Origin: Bacteroides sp.
Lineage (GTDB): Bacteria; Bacteroidota; Bacteroidia; Bacteroidales; Muribaculaceae
Assembly (NCBI GenBank): GCA_023666835.1
Contig: JAMPBJ010000001.1
Span: 185,185-249,184 of the forward strand
DNA length: 64,000 nucleotides
Direction: 5' to 3'
Below are positions 47,527-58,700 of this stretch, piece by piece. Numbering within the stretch: the stretch's first letter is position 1; each line of letters starts with the position of its first letter. The notes beneath the pieces are model-generated. The model was not told the origin of the DNA. It did not search any database and saw nothing but the letters and a program-made list of their open reading frames with translations. A program made the translations under genes and the position numbers.

Positions 47527-50500
47527 TTATTTGCTGATCACTTTGATAGTACGGAGGAGCTGGCCGTTGAGGGCAGTGCGCACTACATAGACGCCGGCGG
47601 CGCCGAGGGTGATGTTGGCATTCTGACCGGCTACGGCAGATAGTTTCTGCGAAGCCACGAGCATACCGGCAGCGTTGTACACTTCTACGTCGTAGTCGCC
47701 ATCCTGGGCAAATTCGAGGTAGAGCACGTTGTCGATGGTGTAGCCGTTGAGGTCGGCAGCATCAACGTCGATGTCTTCGATGCCCTGAACGCCTTCGATG
47801 CGGAATACGGGGTAGGACATTGACGACGAACCGTAGTTGTTTTCAAGCGTTACGGTGACAGTGTGGTCGCCGGGGTTAACGAACGATACAACAGCTGAGC
47901 CGCTTTCGCCTTCGGTGGCAGCGCGTGAAGTGCTCTTGACGAACTGGGTCTTGCGGTCAGTGTCGCTCCACTTGGCGGTCGTTACCACAGGATAAGCAGT
48001 ACCGGCGAGGAACGGACAACCCGGAGTGAACGTGGGTTCGTAGGCTTCGATAGCCTTTGCAGAGCTGTTGGGCTGAGTTACCCATTCGTGGGTGTAGAAC
48101 TTAGTGCTGGACGCTTCGCCGAAGCCGTTGAGTGAGTAGTCAGAGTTGGCATCCGATTCGCAATCCCAGAGGCAAGCGAGACCCGAAGGAATGTTGCTGC
48201 GGGTGATACCTGCCATAGAGAGCTTGATATCATCGGCAGTCACAGCCTTGCTCCATACCTGGAAGTCGTCGCAGATACCGTCGATCTTAGAGCCTTGATA
48301 AACCTGGCCACCAAAGAGCACGAAGCAGTTGTCGGAGCGGTTGGCTTTGATGCCGGGGCACCAGTCGTCGGTCGACATGTTTCTATAGAGCCATTCAGAT
48401 TCTGACTTGTTCTGACCTGTCTTGGTCTGGTACCAGGTTGATTGCTGCTTAACACCGTTGATGTAGAGGAGGCAACGGAAGTTGCTGCCGGAGCATTCGA
48501 ACACCATCATGATGTGTGTCCACATGCCGGCCTGGATCTTGGTGTTGGGGAAGTCGTAGTGGAGCTCACCGGGTTGAGAAGTATCGGAGTCGTTGCCACG
48601 GAACACGAAGTGGAGCGAGCCGTTAGCCATACCGTGGTTCCAGCACCAGCCCCATTCGTTCTGAGGCCAACCGTCGTTTTTGTTAACGATGTTGATGAAG
48701 TTCCATTCGCCGTCGGGGATTTCAGTGAACTTGAACCAGCCACCTACCGATACAGATCCAGTGGCAGTGATGCCAAGGTCGCCGATGCGGGCACCGATCC
48801 AGTGGTTGTTGAGGTTGATGGCACGCGATGCAGAGCCGTCGGCTTTGCGGCCGGTGTAGCTCAGTGTCGGGTGATCGGTGAGTTCGATCTTGACAGCAGC
48901 ATCGTCGGTGTCAACGGTCTGGTTGTCGCGGGCAATAGTGTAGACTTCGGGGAGTGCACCAACTTCTTCAGAAGAAACCTGAACGAAGAAGCCGAGAGTG
49001 CGTTCGGTGGAGAGACCCTTGTTGAGCACGAGGTCGTAACCGCCGGTCGTGGGAAGACCATCGGGCACGTCGAGACGGATACCGGTGCCGGTAGCTACGG
49101 TTTCGCCGTTAGCGTCGACGAGAGCCCAGGTTGAAGAAGCGTGCTGCTGGTCAACGTAGTAGCAAGAGAATGCTTCGTTGGGTTTGAGGATAGTCTTGTC
49201 GATTTCAACATCTTCAGATGCGGTGTAGGAGCCTTTTGAGCACCATTCGCCCCAAGCGATTTCAGATTCCGACTTGGTGTCCATCGACACTGCTTTCACG
49301 CCGAAGCGTATACGCTTGTTGGAGTCAGTGTTGGGACCGCGGAATGCGATGGCTGCCCATGATGTGGTGGCACCGAGGAACACCTCTTCGCCGCCCTCTT
49401 CCTGACCGTATACCTTATACATCGAAGTATTCACGTCAGAGTTGTAGACAGGAGTACCGGAGTTGCGGCCTGCGTCGCCGTCCATTGTCCAGATGATCTT
49501 GGCGTCAACACCTGAGTAGTTGTTGGCAAGAACCTTGGTGGATTTGATGGTGGGTTTGGTGGGAGTGGTGCCGGCAAAGCCACGGTCGATTTCAAGACCG
49601 CCGAGGAGGAGCTCGAGGTTTTCAGCGTTTTTGAAGTGGAGACCGATAAGGTTGATAGTGGTTGAGCGCATTATAGAAGGAAGGGGCACTTCTACAGTGG
49701 TCCAACCGTCGGCGCCTTCAGTGTAGGATTTGTTTTCAATGGCCTCGCAACCTTCCTTGGTGGCGATTTCGAAAGCCTTTTCAGATGCGGGAGAGTTGAA
49801 TCTGATCGACATATCGATGTCGGCGCTACCGCCGAGGATCTTGAATGTCAGACGCACCTTGTCGCCGGCAGTGTAAGAGAAACCGGTCTTGAACAGGTGG
49901 AGGTATTCAGAAGTAGCCGAACCGGTCACTTTCAGACATGAACCACCCACGTAGGCATCTTCCCATGTAAAGTTGGCATTCATGTGGACCTGGCTTTCAG
50001 TGACGGTGGTTGCCATGAATGTCGGGGCAAACCAGAAGCGCCATGTAGGCAGGTAGTCCTGCACGCCGAGGCTGTACCAGGGATTGTCACTGATGCGTTC
50101 GCCTTTCCAGTTGAAGAATTCGCCATTGCCGAGGTTGAAGAATGTATAGAACGGCTCATTTTTCAGGTCCCAGTTGAGAACCGAACGGGCGCTGACGAGA
50201 GCAGAGATACCTGCCCACTGGTCGCGAACCACGGGCTGACCGATGTTTCTGAGCGTGCCCTTGATGGCGGGGTTACGCCAGTAGTTGGTATACCACTGTT
50301 CGATGTTGTTGAGGTAGTAGCTCTGAACGGCGATGCCGGTAGTACCGCCAACACCGTGTTCTTTCCAGAACTGATTGACCTGGTGCGAACCCCAGATACC
50401 GATTGAGAGCTGACGTGAGCCACCCGACAGAGCGTCGAAGTGTCCGCCGTTGTCGCTCGACGAACCTTCCTGGTTCATACCGGCATACAGAGTGAAGGGG

Positions 50501-51372
50501 TTGAGACCATTGTTCTTCATATAGGTGGCAGCGCTGAGGTTGTGGCCGTACCAGTTGTAGTTGAGGAACATAGAGGTACTCTTGATCAGGTCGCCGCAAT
50601 ATGAGGCGTTGATCGGGTAGTCAAACGAGCAGCTACCATTCTGGGTAGTACCGTTGTACCAAATGTTTTCGAAGATGTTGTTGCCATTGTTTTTCATCCA
50701 GGTGTAGAGACCATCGTGCAGACCGATGAGGCCTTTGCCCGAGGGGCTCCAGCCCGACCATTCCGAGTTGTAGCCGAGTCCGTCGACGCCGTGGTAGAAA
50801 AGGAATTTTGCGACTTTTTCAGTACCCTGCGAAATCACACCATCGAGACAGGTTGCCCAGTTGGAGGGCATCGAAGAGTTAGGGATGGAAGCGACACCCG
50901 AAACGGCTACACCGTTTTTGTGGGCGGCATCGGCAAATGCAGCGGGAGCCCATCCGTAGGCTGAAGTCCAGTTGCCATAGTGGTCAACGTAGCTCCACAT
51001 TGAGAATGCCTCACAGTCGAAAGCTCCGTTAGGCAAGGCGTTGAAGTCGCTGTTGCCCACGGGCACCCAGTTGAGGTAACGGGCGTCGGTACCTGACTTG
51101 GATGAAGTGTTATACTGGGTCAGGTTGCTGTAGACCTGAGTTGCGGTGTTGTAGAACCTTGCTTTGGGTTTCACGCGCGAGGTGAAGAATTCTTCGTCCT
51201 CCCAGTCCTTGCCGTTCATCTGGATCTTACCGTTACCATTGTTCCATGCAGCAATATATGTATGCAGCTGATCGGAACCAGGAAACGTGATGTAACCTTC
51301 GGCCAACTTCTGGGCTGACGCGCATCCCGAAACGAGGAGTGCACACCATAAGAAAGTAGACTTTTTGTTCAT
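47527..51372 (-). CDS. GH85 endo-beta-N-acetylglucosaminidase with LamG-like, PKD-like and T9SS CTD (paralog a)
   Basis: FSMWSYVDHYGNW, DAAHKNGV, DGLGYNSE, QDYLPTWRFW; colinear with 43120-47073. Confidence 0.87.
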   Translation of the reverse strand: MNKKSTFLWCALLVSGCASAQKLAEGYITFPGSDQLHTYIAAWNNGNGKIQMNGKDWEDEEFFTSRVKPKARFYNTATQVYSNLTQYNTSSKSGTDARYLNWVPVGNSDFNALPNGAFDCEAFSMWSYVDHYGNWTSAYGWAPAAFADAAHKNGVAVSGVASIPNSSMPSNWATCLDGVISQGTEKVAKFLFYHGVDGLGYNSEWSGWSPSGKGLIGLHDGLYTWMKNNGNNIFENIWYNGTTQNGSCSFDYPINASYCGDLIKSTSMFLNYNWYGHNLSAATYMKNNGLNPFTLYAGMNQEGSSSDNGGHFDALSGGSRQLSIGIWGSHQVNQFWKEHGVGGTTGIAVQSYYLNNIEQWYTNYWRNPAIKGTLRNIGQPVVRDQWAGISALVSARSVLNWDLKNEPFYTFFNLGNGEFFNWKGERISDNPWYSLGVQDYLPTWRFWFAPTFMATTVTESQVHMNANFTWEDAYVGGSCLKVTGSATSEYLHLFKTGFSYTAGDKVRLTFKILGGSADIDMSIRFNSPASEKAFEIATKEGCEAIENKSYTEGADGWTTVEVPLPSIMRSTTINLIGLHFKNAENLELLLGGLEIDRGFAGTTPTKPTIKSTKVLANNYSGVDAKIIWTMDGDAGRNSGTPVYNSDVNTSMYKVYGQEEGGEEVFLGATTSWAAIAFRGPNTDSNKRIRFGVKAVSMDTKSESEIAWGEWCSKGSYTASEDVEIDKTILKPNEAFSCYYVDQQHASSTWALVDANGETVATGTGIRLDVPDGLPTTGGYDLVLNKGLSTERTLGFFVQVSSEEVGALPEVYTIARDNQTVDTDDAAVKIELTDHPTLSYTGRKADGSASRAINLNNHWIGARIGDLGITATGSVSVGGWFKFTEIPDGEWNFINIVNKNDGWPQNEWGWCWNHGMANGSLHFVFRGNDSDTSQPGELHYDFPNTKIQAGMWTHIMMVFECSGSNFRCLLYINGVKQQSTWYQTKTGQNKSESEWLYRNMSTDDWCPGIKANRSDNCFVLFGGQVYQGSKIDGICDDFQVWSKAVTADDIKLSMAGITRSNIPSGLACLWDCESDANSDYSLNGFGEASSTKFYTHEWVTQPNSSAKAIEAYEPTFTPGCPFLAGTAYPVVTTAKWSDTDRKTQFVKSTSRAATEGESGSAVVSFVNPGDHTVTVTLENNYGSSSMSYPVFRIEGVQGIEDIDVDAADLNGYTIDNVLYLEFAQDGDYDVEVYNAAGMLVASQKLSAVAGQNANITLGAAGVYVVRTALNGQLLRTIKVISK

Positions 51373-51542
51373 AATTGGTTTATTTAAAATAGGAATTATA
51401 GTTTTTGCATGGCGCAATTCCGACCGGGTTGAGGGCCGACATTGCAGATTGTTGTGATTTGATCAGTGGCAAATTTACAAAAAGAGTGGATATTTAGAAA
51501 TATTTTAATCTCATTCCTCTTGATTTTTTGCATAAAAAGGGG

Positions 51543-51597
51543 AAAAGAAGAGTCGGATCAGAGTATTTAACATTATTTAACTCCAGTCCGACTCTTC
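51543..51597 (-). terminator. Hairpin after surface lipoprotein gene
   Basis: gaagagtcgga / tccgactcttc inverted repeat with adjacent A tract. Confidence 0.6.
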
Positions 51598-51611
51598 AAT
51601 ATCATGTTAGA

Positions 51612-53882
51612 TTACCACTGCTGGCAGAGGATATCTTTGAGTTCATAGCGTACACCATCGGGTGTTTCAAACCATCCGTTGGCGGTGTAAGTGCCGTCGC
51701 CGTTGTCGACAATTGTCATAGAATATGAGCATCCGGTGATAGTGTTGACGTTGTCGCCTTCCATGAACACGATGACGCCATCGCTACCCGAATATGTACC
51801 TACAGTCTGCAGGTTGGTATTGAAGTCGAAGTAGTAGGAAGTGTCGTCGTTGAGGGTCATACCAACTTCAGTGAGCGATGCATCATCGGGGCTGACACCG
51901 ATACCACCGGCGCCGCCGGCCACCATCGACATGTCGATGCTGATGCCCGAGAGAGCCTCAACGGTAATATCCTGAACTACGGCGTAAGTGCCGTAGTCGC
52001 CGCCAAAGTCAGCGCGGATTGACGCGGTGCCTTCGCCAACGGCGGAGATGCTGGCCTTGCGCGGATCGGTCGGATCAACAGCGATGCTTACGACTGACGG
52101 ATCGGTTGTCGACCAGGTGATGGTGCCACCGAAGTTATTGTTGACAACATTCGGATCCGATGCCATGAATATGTTCACTTCGAGGTTGTCGGTCACGCCG
52201 AGGGTCATCTTGGCGTTGGGAGCAGTTACCCATTCAACGCGTGAGATCTTGTCGCTTACTTCAACGCGAAGGGTTGCAGTTGCATCAAGAGCCTTGGCGG
52301 TAATGGTCACAGTACCAGGCTTGTGGGCAATGAACGAGCGGCGGAAGCCATCGTCGGTTGCACGGTCGACAACGCTGAGGATCGACGGGTCGGAGCTGGT
52401 CACTTCGGGGATGTGGAACTGGAACGACGACGAAGGAATGGTTGAGAAGTAGATGTTGAGGGGATCGCCGATGAATGTCTTCAGAAGCGAACCTTCTTCA
52501 TATACTGTGCCGGAGTCTTCAGAGTCGGTGTCCTTCATGAGGATGCCGGTGACGGGATACTCAACGTCGAAGTCAATCACATTGATGTCGGTGATATAAG
52601 TCTGGGGGTCGTAGTCGGTGTCGATACATGCACCGGGGATGGTGAAGACAACACGCGAGCTGCCTGTACGGGCACCTGAGCGAACCTTGAGGTAGCTGAC
52701 GTAGCCCGAGTTCTGATAGTTTTCATCGAAGAACGATTCCTCAACGATCAGGGCGCTGCCCGACACATCCCAAGTGAAGTAGCCGGCCTTTTCAGCAGCC
52801 ATGGCGTTCTTGATGTCGACGGGGCGTTGGGTGCGCACACCGATACATACACCGATGAGGTATTCAGAGTTGACGTTCATCGACACGGTCTGCATTTTGG
52901 GCTTGATGTTCGATGGAGTCTCGATGCCGGGACCCGGACGGCGGCGTTCGCCGTTCTGTTCGTATTCAAGACCCGAGGTGAGAGCCGGGAAGAGGAATAT
53001 GGTGGTCGATGCCGACGAAGATATTTCATCGTTGCCGATGGTCAGCGTACAGGTTGCTTTACCGGTCAGACGAGGAGCGGTGAACACTACGCCCACGCGA
53101 GAATTCTCATAGTCGATGGTAATGGGGCCGTCGCCTACGGTAGCGGGTATGAAGTCGGCTTCAGCAGGATCCTCGGCTTCGGTGATCTTTTCGATATAGT
53201 CGAAGCTGTAGCTTACTTCGTAGTCATCAACTACGCCGATGGGCGAAACCTCAAACCAGCAGGTGTCGTTCATGATATCGTTGTACGACATCATTTCTTC
53301 CTTCACTGCAGTCACGGCATTGGAAAGACCGTTGCGGCCCACGGTAACCGTAGTGATGGCATACATACCGTTTTCGAGCGTGGCACGGATTGTGGTGCTC
53401 TTGCCCTGGGCGCCCTTCTGGGCTATGATGGCCATGAAGGTCTCCTTGGGTTCCTGAAGATATTCGTCCTCGGTGTTGACACCGGGTTCGGTGGTCTCGT
53501 CGCCGCCTTCCCCGGGCGAAGTGGCGTCGTCTTCAGCCTGAGTTTCCTCAGTGCCTTCACCCTCTTCGGGGCTGCCGGCTTCTTCAGGAGCTACATAGTT
53601 GGGATTTTTCACCTTTTTATATGTGGTGATCTCGGTCAGTTTGACAACATCTTCGTCGTCGACCGACCAGGTGATGGGAGTCACGATCTGCTTGCCGCTG
53701 GCGTTTTCGACGCGGGCCGACAAGCGGAGAGTGTCGCCTGCGAGCATGGTAACGTCGGTGTTGGCCATGGTGATGTAGACCGCATCGGCGCCCGACAGCG
53801 TTGCATCTTCCTTACAGGAGGAGAAGGCAGCGGTCAGAGTAAGGGCGGCAGCTCCAAATAATATCTTGTTGAAAAGTTTCAT
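51612..53882 (-). CDS. Surface glycan-binding-type lipoprotein with Ig-like (Big_2) domains
   Basis: Lipobox FSSC, ITWSVDDEDVV, TSSDPSILSV, WSTTDPSVVSI..AVGEGTASI; downstream of susD. Confidence 0.75.
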   Translation of the reverse strand: MKLFNKILFGAAALTLTAAFSSCKEDATLSGADAVYITMANTDVTMLAGDTLRLSARVENASGKQIVTPITWSVDDEDVVKLTEITTYKKVKNPNYVAPEEAGSPEEGEGTEETQAEDDATSPGEGGDETTEPGVNTEDEYLQEPKETFMAIIAQKGAQGKSTTIRATLENGMYAITTVTVGRNGLSNAVTAVKEEMMSYNDIMNDTCWFEVSPIGVVDDYEVSYSFDYIEKITEAEDPAEADFIPATVGDGPITIDYENSRVGVVFTAPRLTGKATCTLTIGNDEISSSASTTIFLFPALTSGLEYEQNGERRRPGPGIETPSNIKPKMQTVSMNVNSEYLIGVCIGVRTQRPVDIKNAMAAEKAGYFTWDVSGSALIVEESFFDENYQNSGYVSYLKVRSGARTGSSRVVFTIPGACIDTDYDPQTYITDINVIDFDVEYPVTGILMKDTDSEDSGTVYEEGSLLKTFIGDPLNIYFSTIPSSSFQFHIPEVTSSDPSILSVVDRATDDGFRRSFIAHKPGTVTITAKALDATATLRVEVSDKISRVEWVTAPNAKMTLGVTDNLEVNIFMASDPNVVNNNFGGTITWSTTDPSVVSIAVDPTDPRKASISAVGEGTASIRADFGGDYGTYAVVQDITVEALSGISIDMSMVAGGAGGIGVSPDDASLTEVGMTLNDDTSYYFDFNTNLQTVGTYSGSDGVIVFMEGDNVNTITGCSYSMTIVDNGDGTYTANGWFETPDGVRYELKDILCQQW

Positions 53883-53911
53883 TTTCTATACTTCTTTTAA
53901 GCTGTTATAGA

Positions 53912-55705
53912 TTAATAAAGGTGGTTGTCGGGAATATACTGACCATTTTCGTCCTTTGCCCAGGTGGCTGAGTTGACATCCCAGAATACGCGGGTACCGC
54001 AGTCCTGCGATCCACCGAGGAGTTCGGTGATCTGAGCGATTTCAGCACCATTGTTGGCATCGAGAACAAAGCTTACGCGACGGATCTGCATTTCCTTGTC
54101 GACGTTCTTCATGTTGTTGACAACAACAGGGAACAGACGGGGATAGCCGGTGCGGCGGAAGTTGGTCCAAGCCTCGGCACCCATCGGGAAGTTGGCAATA
54201 TATTTCTGAGTGATGATCTTTTCGAGTTTGAGCTCTTTAGTATCACCTTCGTTCCACTTGACATCGCAGCTCACACGGCCCATTATGTCGTTGACGCGGT
54301 TGTAGTAGTCGCGATATTCGACAACGGGGAGGTTGGTCTGGTTGATGTATTTGTTGATGGCAGCTTCGTCGATGCCCCATTCAGAGAGCGACAGACGGAT
54401 GCCTTCGTTGTAGAGATTTTCGGGGGTGTCGCCCATGTTCCAGCCGCGGAGAGCACCTTCGGCACGGAGGAATGTGGCTTCGGTGCGTTTGAAGAAGGGC
54501 TGGTTCATGTACTGATGACGGCCGGAGAGCTGAGCGAAGGGACCGTAGCCACCTTTGTCAGGACCACCTGTGTCTTCCATGTAAAGACCCGAGCGCACGC
54601 CGTAAACACCGGTGGGAGCAGAAGCGCCGACGGCATTTTTGATGGCATAGGCATTGTCGTCGAACCACTCGTTGAGCAGCGGCGATTTGAAGTGCTTGAG
54701 GATGTTTTCAAGCGACGCATTCAGACGGATATCGTTCCAGGAGTTGCCCATGAAGTACCACACGCAGGAGTGTGTGGCCATGTAGTAGGCGATGTCGCGA
54801 GAGTCGGTGGGCAGGAGCACGCCGATTTCGTCGGCTACAGCCTCTTCGGCAATGTTTTTGGCAACGAACGGTTTCGAGTCGGGACCGTAAACGGGGTCGG
54901 GATCGTTGTAGTCGACCATGTTCATGGCCATACGGAGCTTGATGGAGTTGGCAAACTTAACCCAGTAGCGCCAATCCCAGCCGGTCATGGTCTTTTCGAC
55001 GTCGGCACCTTCAACACGCTGGAGGTCGCCGGGACCGGGCTGAGCTTCCTTAAGAGTAGCGATGGCTTCGTCGAGGTCGGCGAAGATCTGCTTGTAGACC
55101 TCGGGGCCTGCCTCGTAGGTGACGGGGCGGGTACGCTTCTGCGAACGGGTGTCGTTGTAGGCCATCACGCCGAAAGCATCGACATATTCGTGGGCCACGT
55201 ATGCCTCGCAGATGAGTGCGATGGCACGCCATTCGGGACGGGGCTGGTTGATTTCCTCGCCGTCGGCTGTCTTGTAGGTGGCCACGTTCCATGAGAAGAT
55301 GGCGTCCTTGCAATACTGGAATGTGCGGACTTCGCTACAACCGCTGATGTAGCCGTTGTCGTCGGTATAGAGGGTCGGGAGAGCCGGGCCGAACGAGAAG
55401 TTGGCCTTGGTGGTTGTCCAGTAGCCGGCGTAGTTGTCGATTGAGTTGGCACGGTTGTACTGGTAGTTGTGAGGCTGCCACGATCCATCGGGTTCGTGAG
55501 AATAGTTGAGAATGAAGGGAATACCGGTACGCATCTGTTTTTCAAGTGCGTCCATATCAGTCGCGCCGAGGTTTTCCTCGCTCTGTGCATTGTCATCTTC
55601 TGCAATCCAGGGGTAGGCCTTCAACTCGTCGCCACAGGAGGAGAGAGTCAGCATAGCCAGCCCCGACAGGGCGATGGCGCATGAATATATGATTGATTTT
55701 TTCAT
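53912..55705 (-). CDS. susD: SusD/RagB-family lipoprotein
   Basis: Lipobox LSSC, WVKFANSIKLRMAM, FLRAEGALRGW, IITQKYIA, EAWTNFRRTGYP. Confidence 0.93.
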   Translation of the reverse strand: MKKSIIYSCAIALSGLAMLTLSSCGDELKAYPWIAEDDNAQSEENLGATDMDALEKQMRTGIPFILNYSHEPDGSWQPHNYQYNRANSIDNYAGYWTTTKANFSFGPALPTLYTDDNGYISGCSEVRTFQYCKDAIFSWNVATYKTADGEEINQPRPEWRAIALICEAYVAHEYVDAFGVMAYNDTRSQKRTRPVTYEAGPEVYKQIFADLDEAIATLKEAQPGPGDLQRVEGADVEKTMTGWDWRYWVKFANSIKLRMAMNMVDYNDPDPVYGPDSKPFVAKNIAEEAVADEIGVLLPTDSRDIAYYMATHSCVWYFMGNSWNDIRLNASLENILKHFKSPLLNEWFDDNAYAIKNAVGASAPTGVYGVRSGLYMEDTGGPDKGGYGPFAQLSGRHQYMNQPFFKRTEATFLRAEGALRGWNMGDTPENLYNEGIRLSLSEWGIDEAAINKYINQTNLPVVEYRDYYNRVNDIMGRVSCDVKWNEGDTKELKLEKIITQKYIANFPMGAEAWTNFRRTGYPRLFPVVVNNMKNVDKEMQIRRVSFVLDANNGAEIAQITELLGGSQDCGTRVFWDVNSATWAKDENGQYIPDNHLY

Positions 55706-55719
55706 CTTCGTGATAACGA

Positions 55720-58700
55720 TTAGAAGTTAAATTTCAGAGTGATGCAGTAAGAGCGCAGGGTGGGCAGGGCGTAAGAGTCGATGCCGGAGTAACCGTTGGC
55801 AGCCGATACGGAGATGTCGGGATCAACGGGTGAATCCTTGTAGAGGAAGAATGCGTTCTTGACAGAGAATTGGGCGGTCATGCCTTTCGACTTGCCGAAA
55901 AGGTTGGGCAGAGTGTAAGAGAGGGCGATGTCGCGCATGCGGAAGTTGGTTGCGTTGTATACATGTTCTTCCATAGGATTCTGACCGATGGTCTCGTAGT
56001 ATTTCTGCACGGAGATCTTGCGGCCCGATCCGTCGGGGAGATACATCAGGTGGATGGGTGTGCCGTCAGCAGCATAAGCCATCAGGTTGTCGGGATCGGC
56101 TTCAGCAGCCAGACGGGCTTTACCTGAGTTGGTCGAGATACCGAAGCGGTCGAGGTCAGGTTCAGTCAGTGACATCACCTTGCCACCGATGCGGCCGTCG
56201 ATGAGGAAGTAGAGAGTCCAGTTCTTCCAAGTCAGCGTGTTGCTCCAACCCAGAGTGTAGGGAGAAGTGGTGTTGCCTACATAAGTTTCGTACTGACCCG
56301 ATGCCATGCGGGGAACGGCGTTGGCATAGTCGATGGTGCCGTCTTCGTTGACACCCGAGATCTGGATGTGACCGTTTTCGTCGCGGGCAAACGAGTTGAC
56401 GTAGATGTCGCCGAACTTACCGCCTTCGAGATATTTGATGTGGAAGGCCTTAGGACCGGTTTCGTAGATGTAGGGAAGACCGTTGTCCTGCATGTAGGTT
56501 TCGATGATCTTGTTGTCGTTGTATGCGAAGTTGACGTTGGATTGCCACTGCCAGTCGGAATTGATGGCCCAGCGGTAGCCCATGGAGATTTCGATACCGG
56601 TGTTGCGGATCTTACCTGTGTTGACAGGTTTGCTTTCGCCGTTGGCAGTCGAAACGTAGAGGAACTGATTGCGGAGAGTAGAGTTATAATAGGTGAGGTC
56701 GATATTGAACTTGTTGTTGAACATCCAGGCGTCGATACCGGTTTCGAATGCGGTTGTGGTTTCGGGCTTGGGATCGTCGAATGTAGGCGGCTTGGTGGAG
56801 AGGGCGCCGGTGGAGAAGTTGAGGCTCTGACGGGCAAACAGGGTGTTGGGCACTGAGTTACCTACTACTGAGTAGCTGCCGCGCCATTTCAACTGGTCGA
56901 GCCAGGGAGCAGCCTTGTAGTCCTGATTGAAGAACTTGTCGATGAGCACATTGGCACCGAATGAGTAGTAGCCGAACGATTTGTAGTCGCCTTTGGCGGT
57001 GAACTGCTGGAAGGCCTGGCACCAGTCGCGGCGGTAGCTACCATCGACGTAGATCTTGTCGAGGAAGCCGAGCGAAACGGTTCCGAACAGAGCCGAAGAC
57101 CAGTCAGTATAGTCCCAAGAGTCGGAAGCCGAAGTTGCCGAACCGTTGGGGTTGCTGGGGCGATAGTATTTGTTGTTCTGCGGCACGAATGCGTTGGGCA
57201 CACCCGAGGTATCGATACCGGTCTGGATGGTGGTGCTGCGCGAGTAGTGACGGGTGAAGCTACCGCCGAGAGCCACGTTGACGTCGATCTTGTCGTTGAA
57301 GCGATCGTTCCATGTGAGCATGTGGTCGTTGTAGATATCGGAGGTGCGGGAGTTGTTGGAGTAGTATTTACCGCCTTTGTAATCGAAGCCGGCGCGGAAC
57401 ATTGTGGCGTACTCTTCGTTGAGCGAGTTGTCCATTACCATGTCGACAGAGAAGCGGGTCTGGTATTTGAGGTTTTTCCAGATGGTCCAGTCGAGGGTGA
57501 TGTTGCCGAGGATACGGTCACGTTTGATCTGATCGTTGACCATGTTCTGCACCCACCAGGGGTTGTTGAGGTAGTCGACGAACCAGTCCCAAGTCTGGAT
57601 GGGCTGACCGACGAGTTTGGGGTTGCCAACCGAGGGATCAGATACGAGGTATTCACCGGTCTGTCCGAGGTGAGCGTAGTTGTTTTTGTAGTAGCGCATG
57701 TCGACATCGGCCGGAGTGCGGTAGAGGGCGTAGAGACCCGAGAGTGCTTTACCTACAACGGGCGAGTTGTCGGTGCGCTGGTGGATCCAGTTCAAAGAAG
57801 CCGTGATATTGACTTTCTTGTCGAACAGTGAGAACGACTCTTTCAACATGACGTTGTTACGGGTAAACTTGTTGCCAGGGATGATACCATCCTGATAAGT
57901 GTTGTTGTAAGAGAAGTAAGTGCGGGAGAGTTCGGTGCCGCCCGAGAGGGTGATGCCGTTGTTGAGAGTCACACCGGTCTGGAAGTAGTCGGGCACGGAG
58001 TTGCGTGCGGTGTTCGACAACCAGGGATAGGCGGCAACTTCATCAGCCGAGCGAGTGCCCACGCGAGGGCCCCATGCCGACCATGCGCTGTGGCCGTTGC
58101 CGGTATTGGTGATACCGTACCACTGCTGCTGGCGGGGATACATGGCGATGCGGTCGATCGAAGTCGAGCTTGAGATATTGACATTGACTGTACCCTGTGC
58201 ACCCGACTTGGTGGTGATCACGATCACACCGTTGTTGGCGGCGGCGCCATAGAGGGCTGCAGCGTTCGGGCCTTTAAGCACGGTCATGTTTTCGATGTCT
58301 TCAGGGTTGATGGTAGAGAGGAGGTCGTCGCCTGACTTGCCACCACCCATGTCGATACCGTCGGTGGCCTGAGTACCCATACCGTTGGTCATAGGGACAC
58401 CGTCGATAACGATAAGAGGCTGGTTGCTACCGAGAATCGAAGTCGAACCACGGAGCACGATACGGGAAGCGCCGCCACCTGCACCTGAGTTGTTAGGCGT
58501 GATGGTCAGACCGGCACTCTTACCCTGGAGAGCGTTGACGAAGTTGGTTTCCTTGATACGGGTCACCTCATCGTTCTTGATGGTTTGCACGGCATAGGTA
58601 AGGGTTTTTTCTTCACGTTTGATACCCATTGCAGTCACAACGACTTCGTCGAGGGCCTTGGAGTTGAGCTCAAGTTGAATTTCCAGAGGCTCGCCGTTCC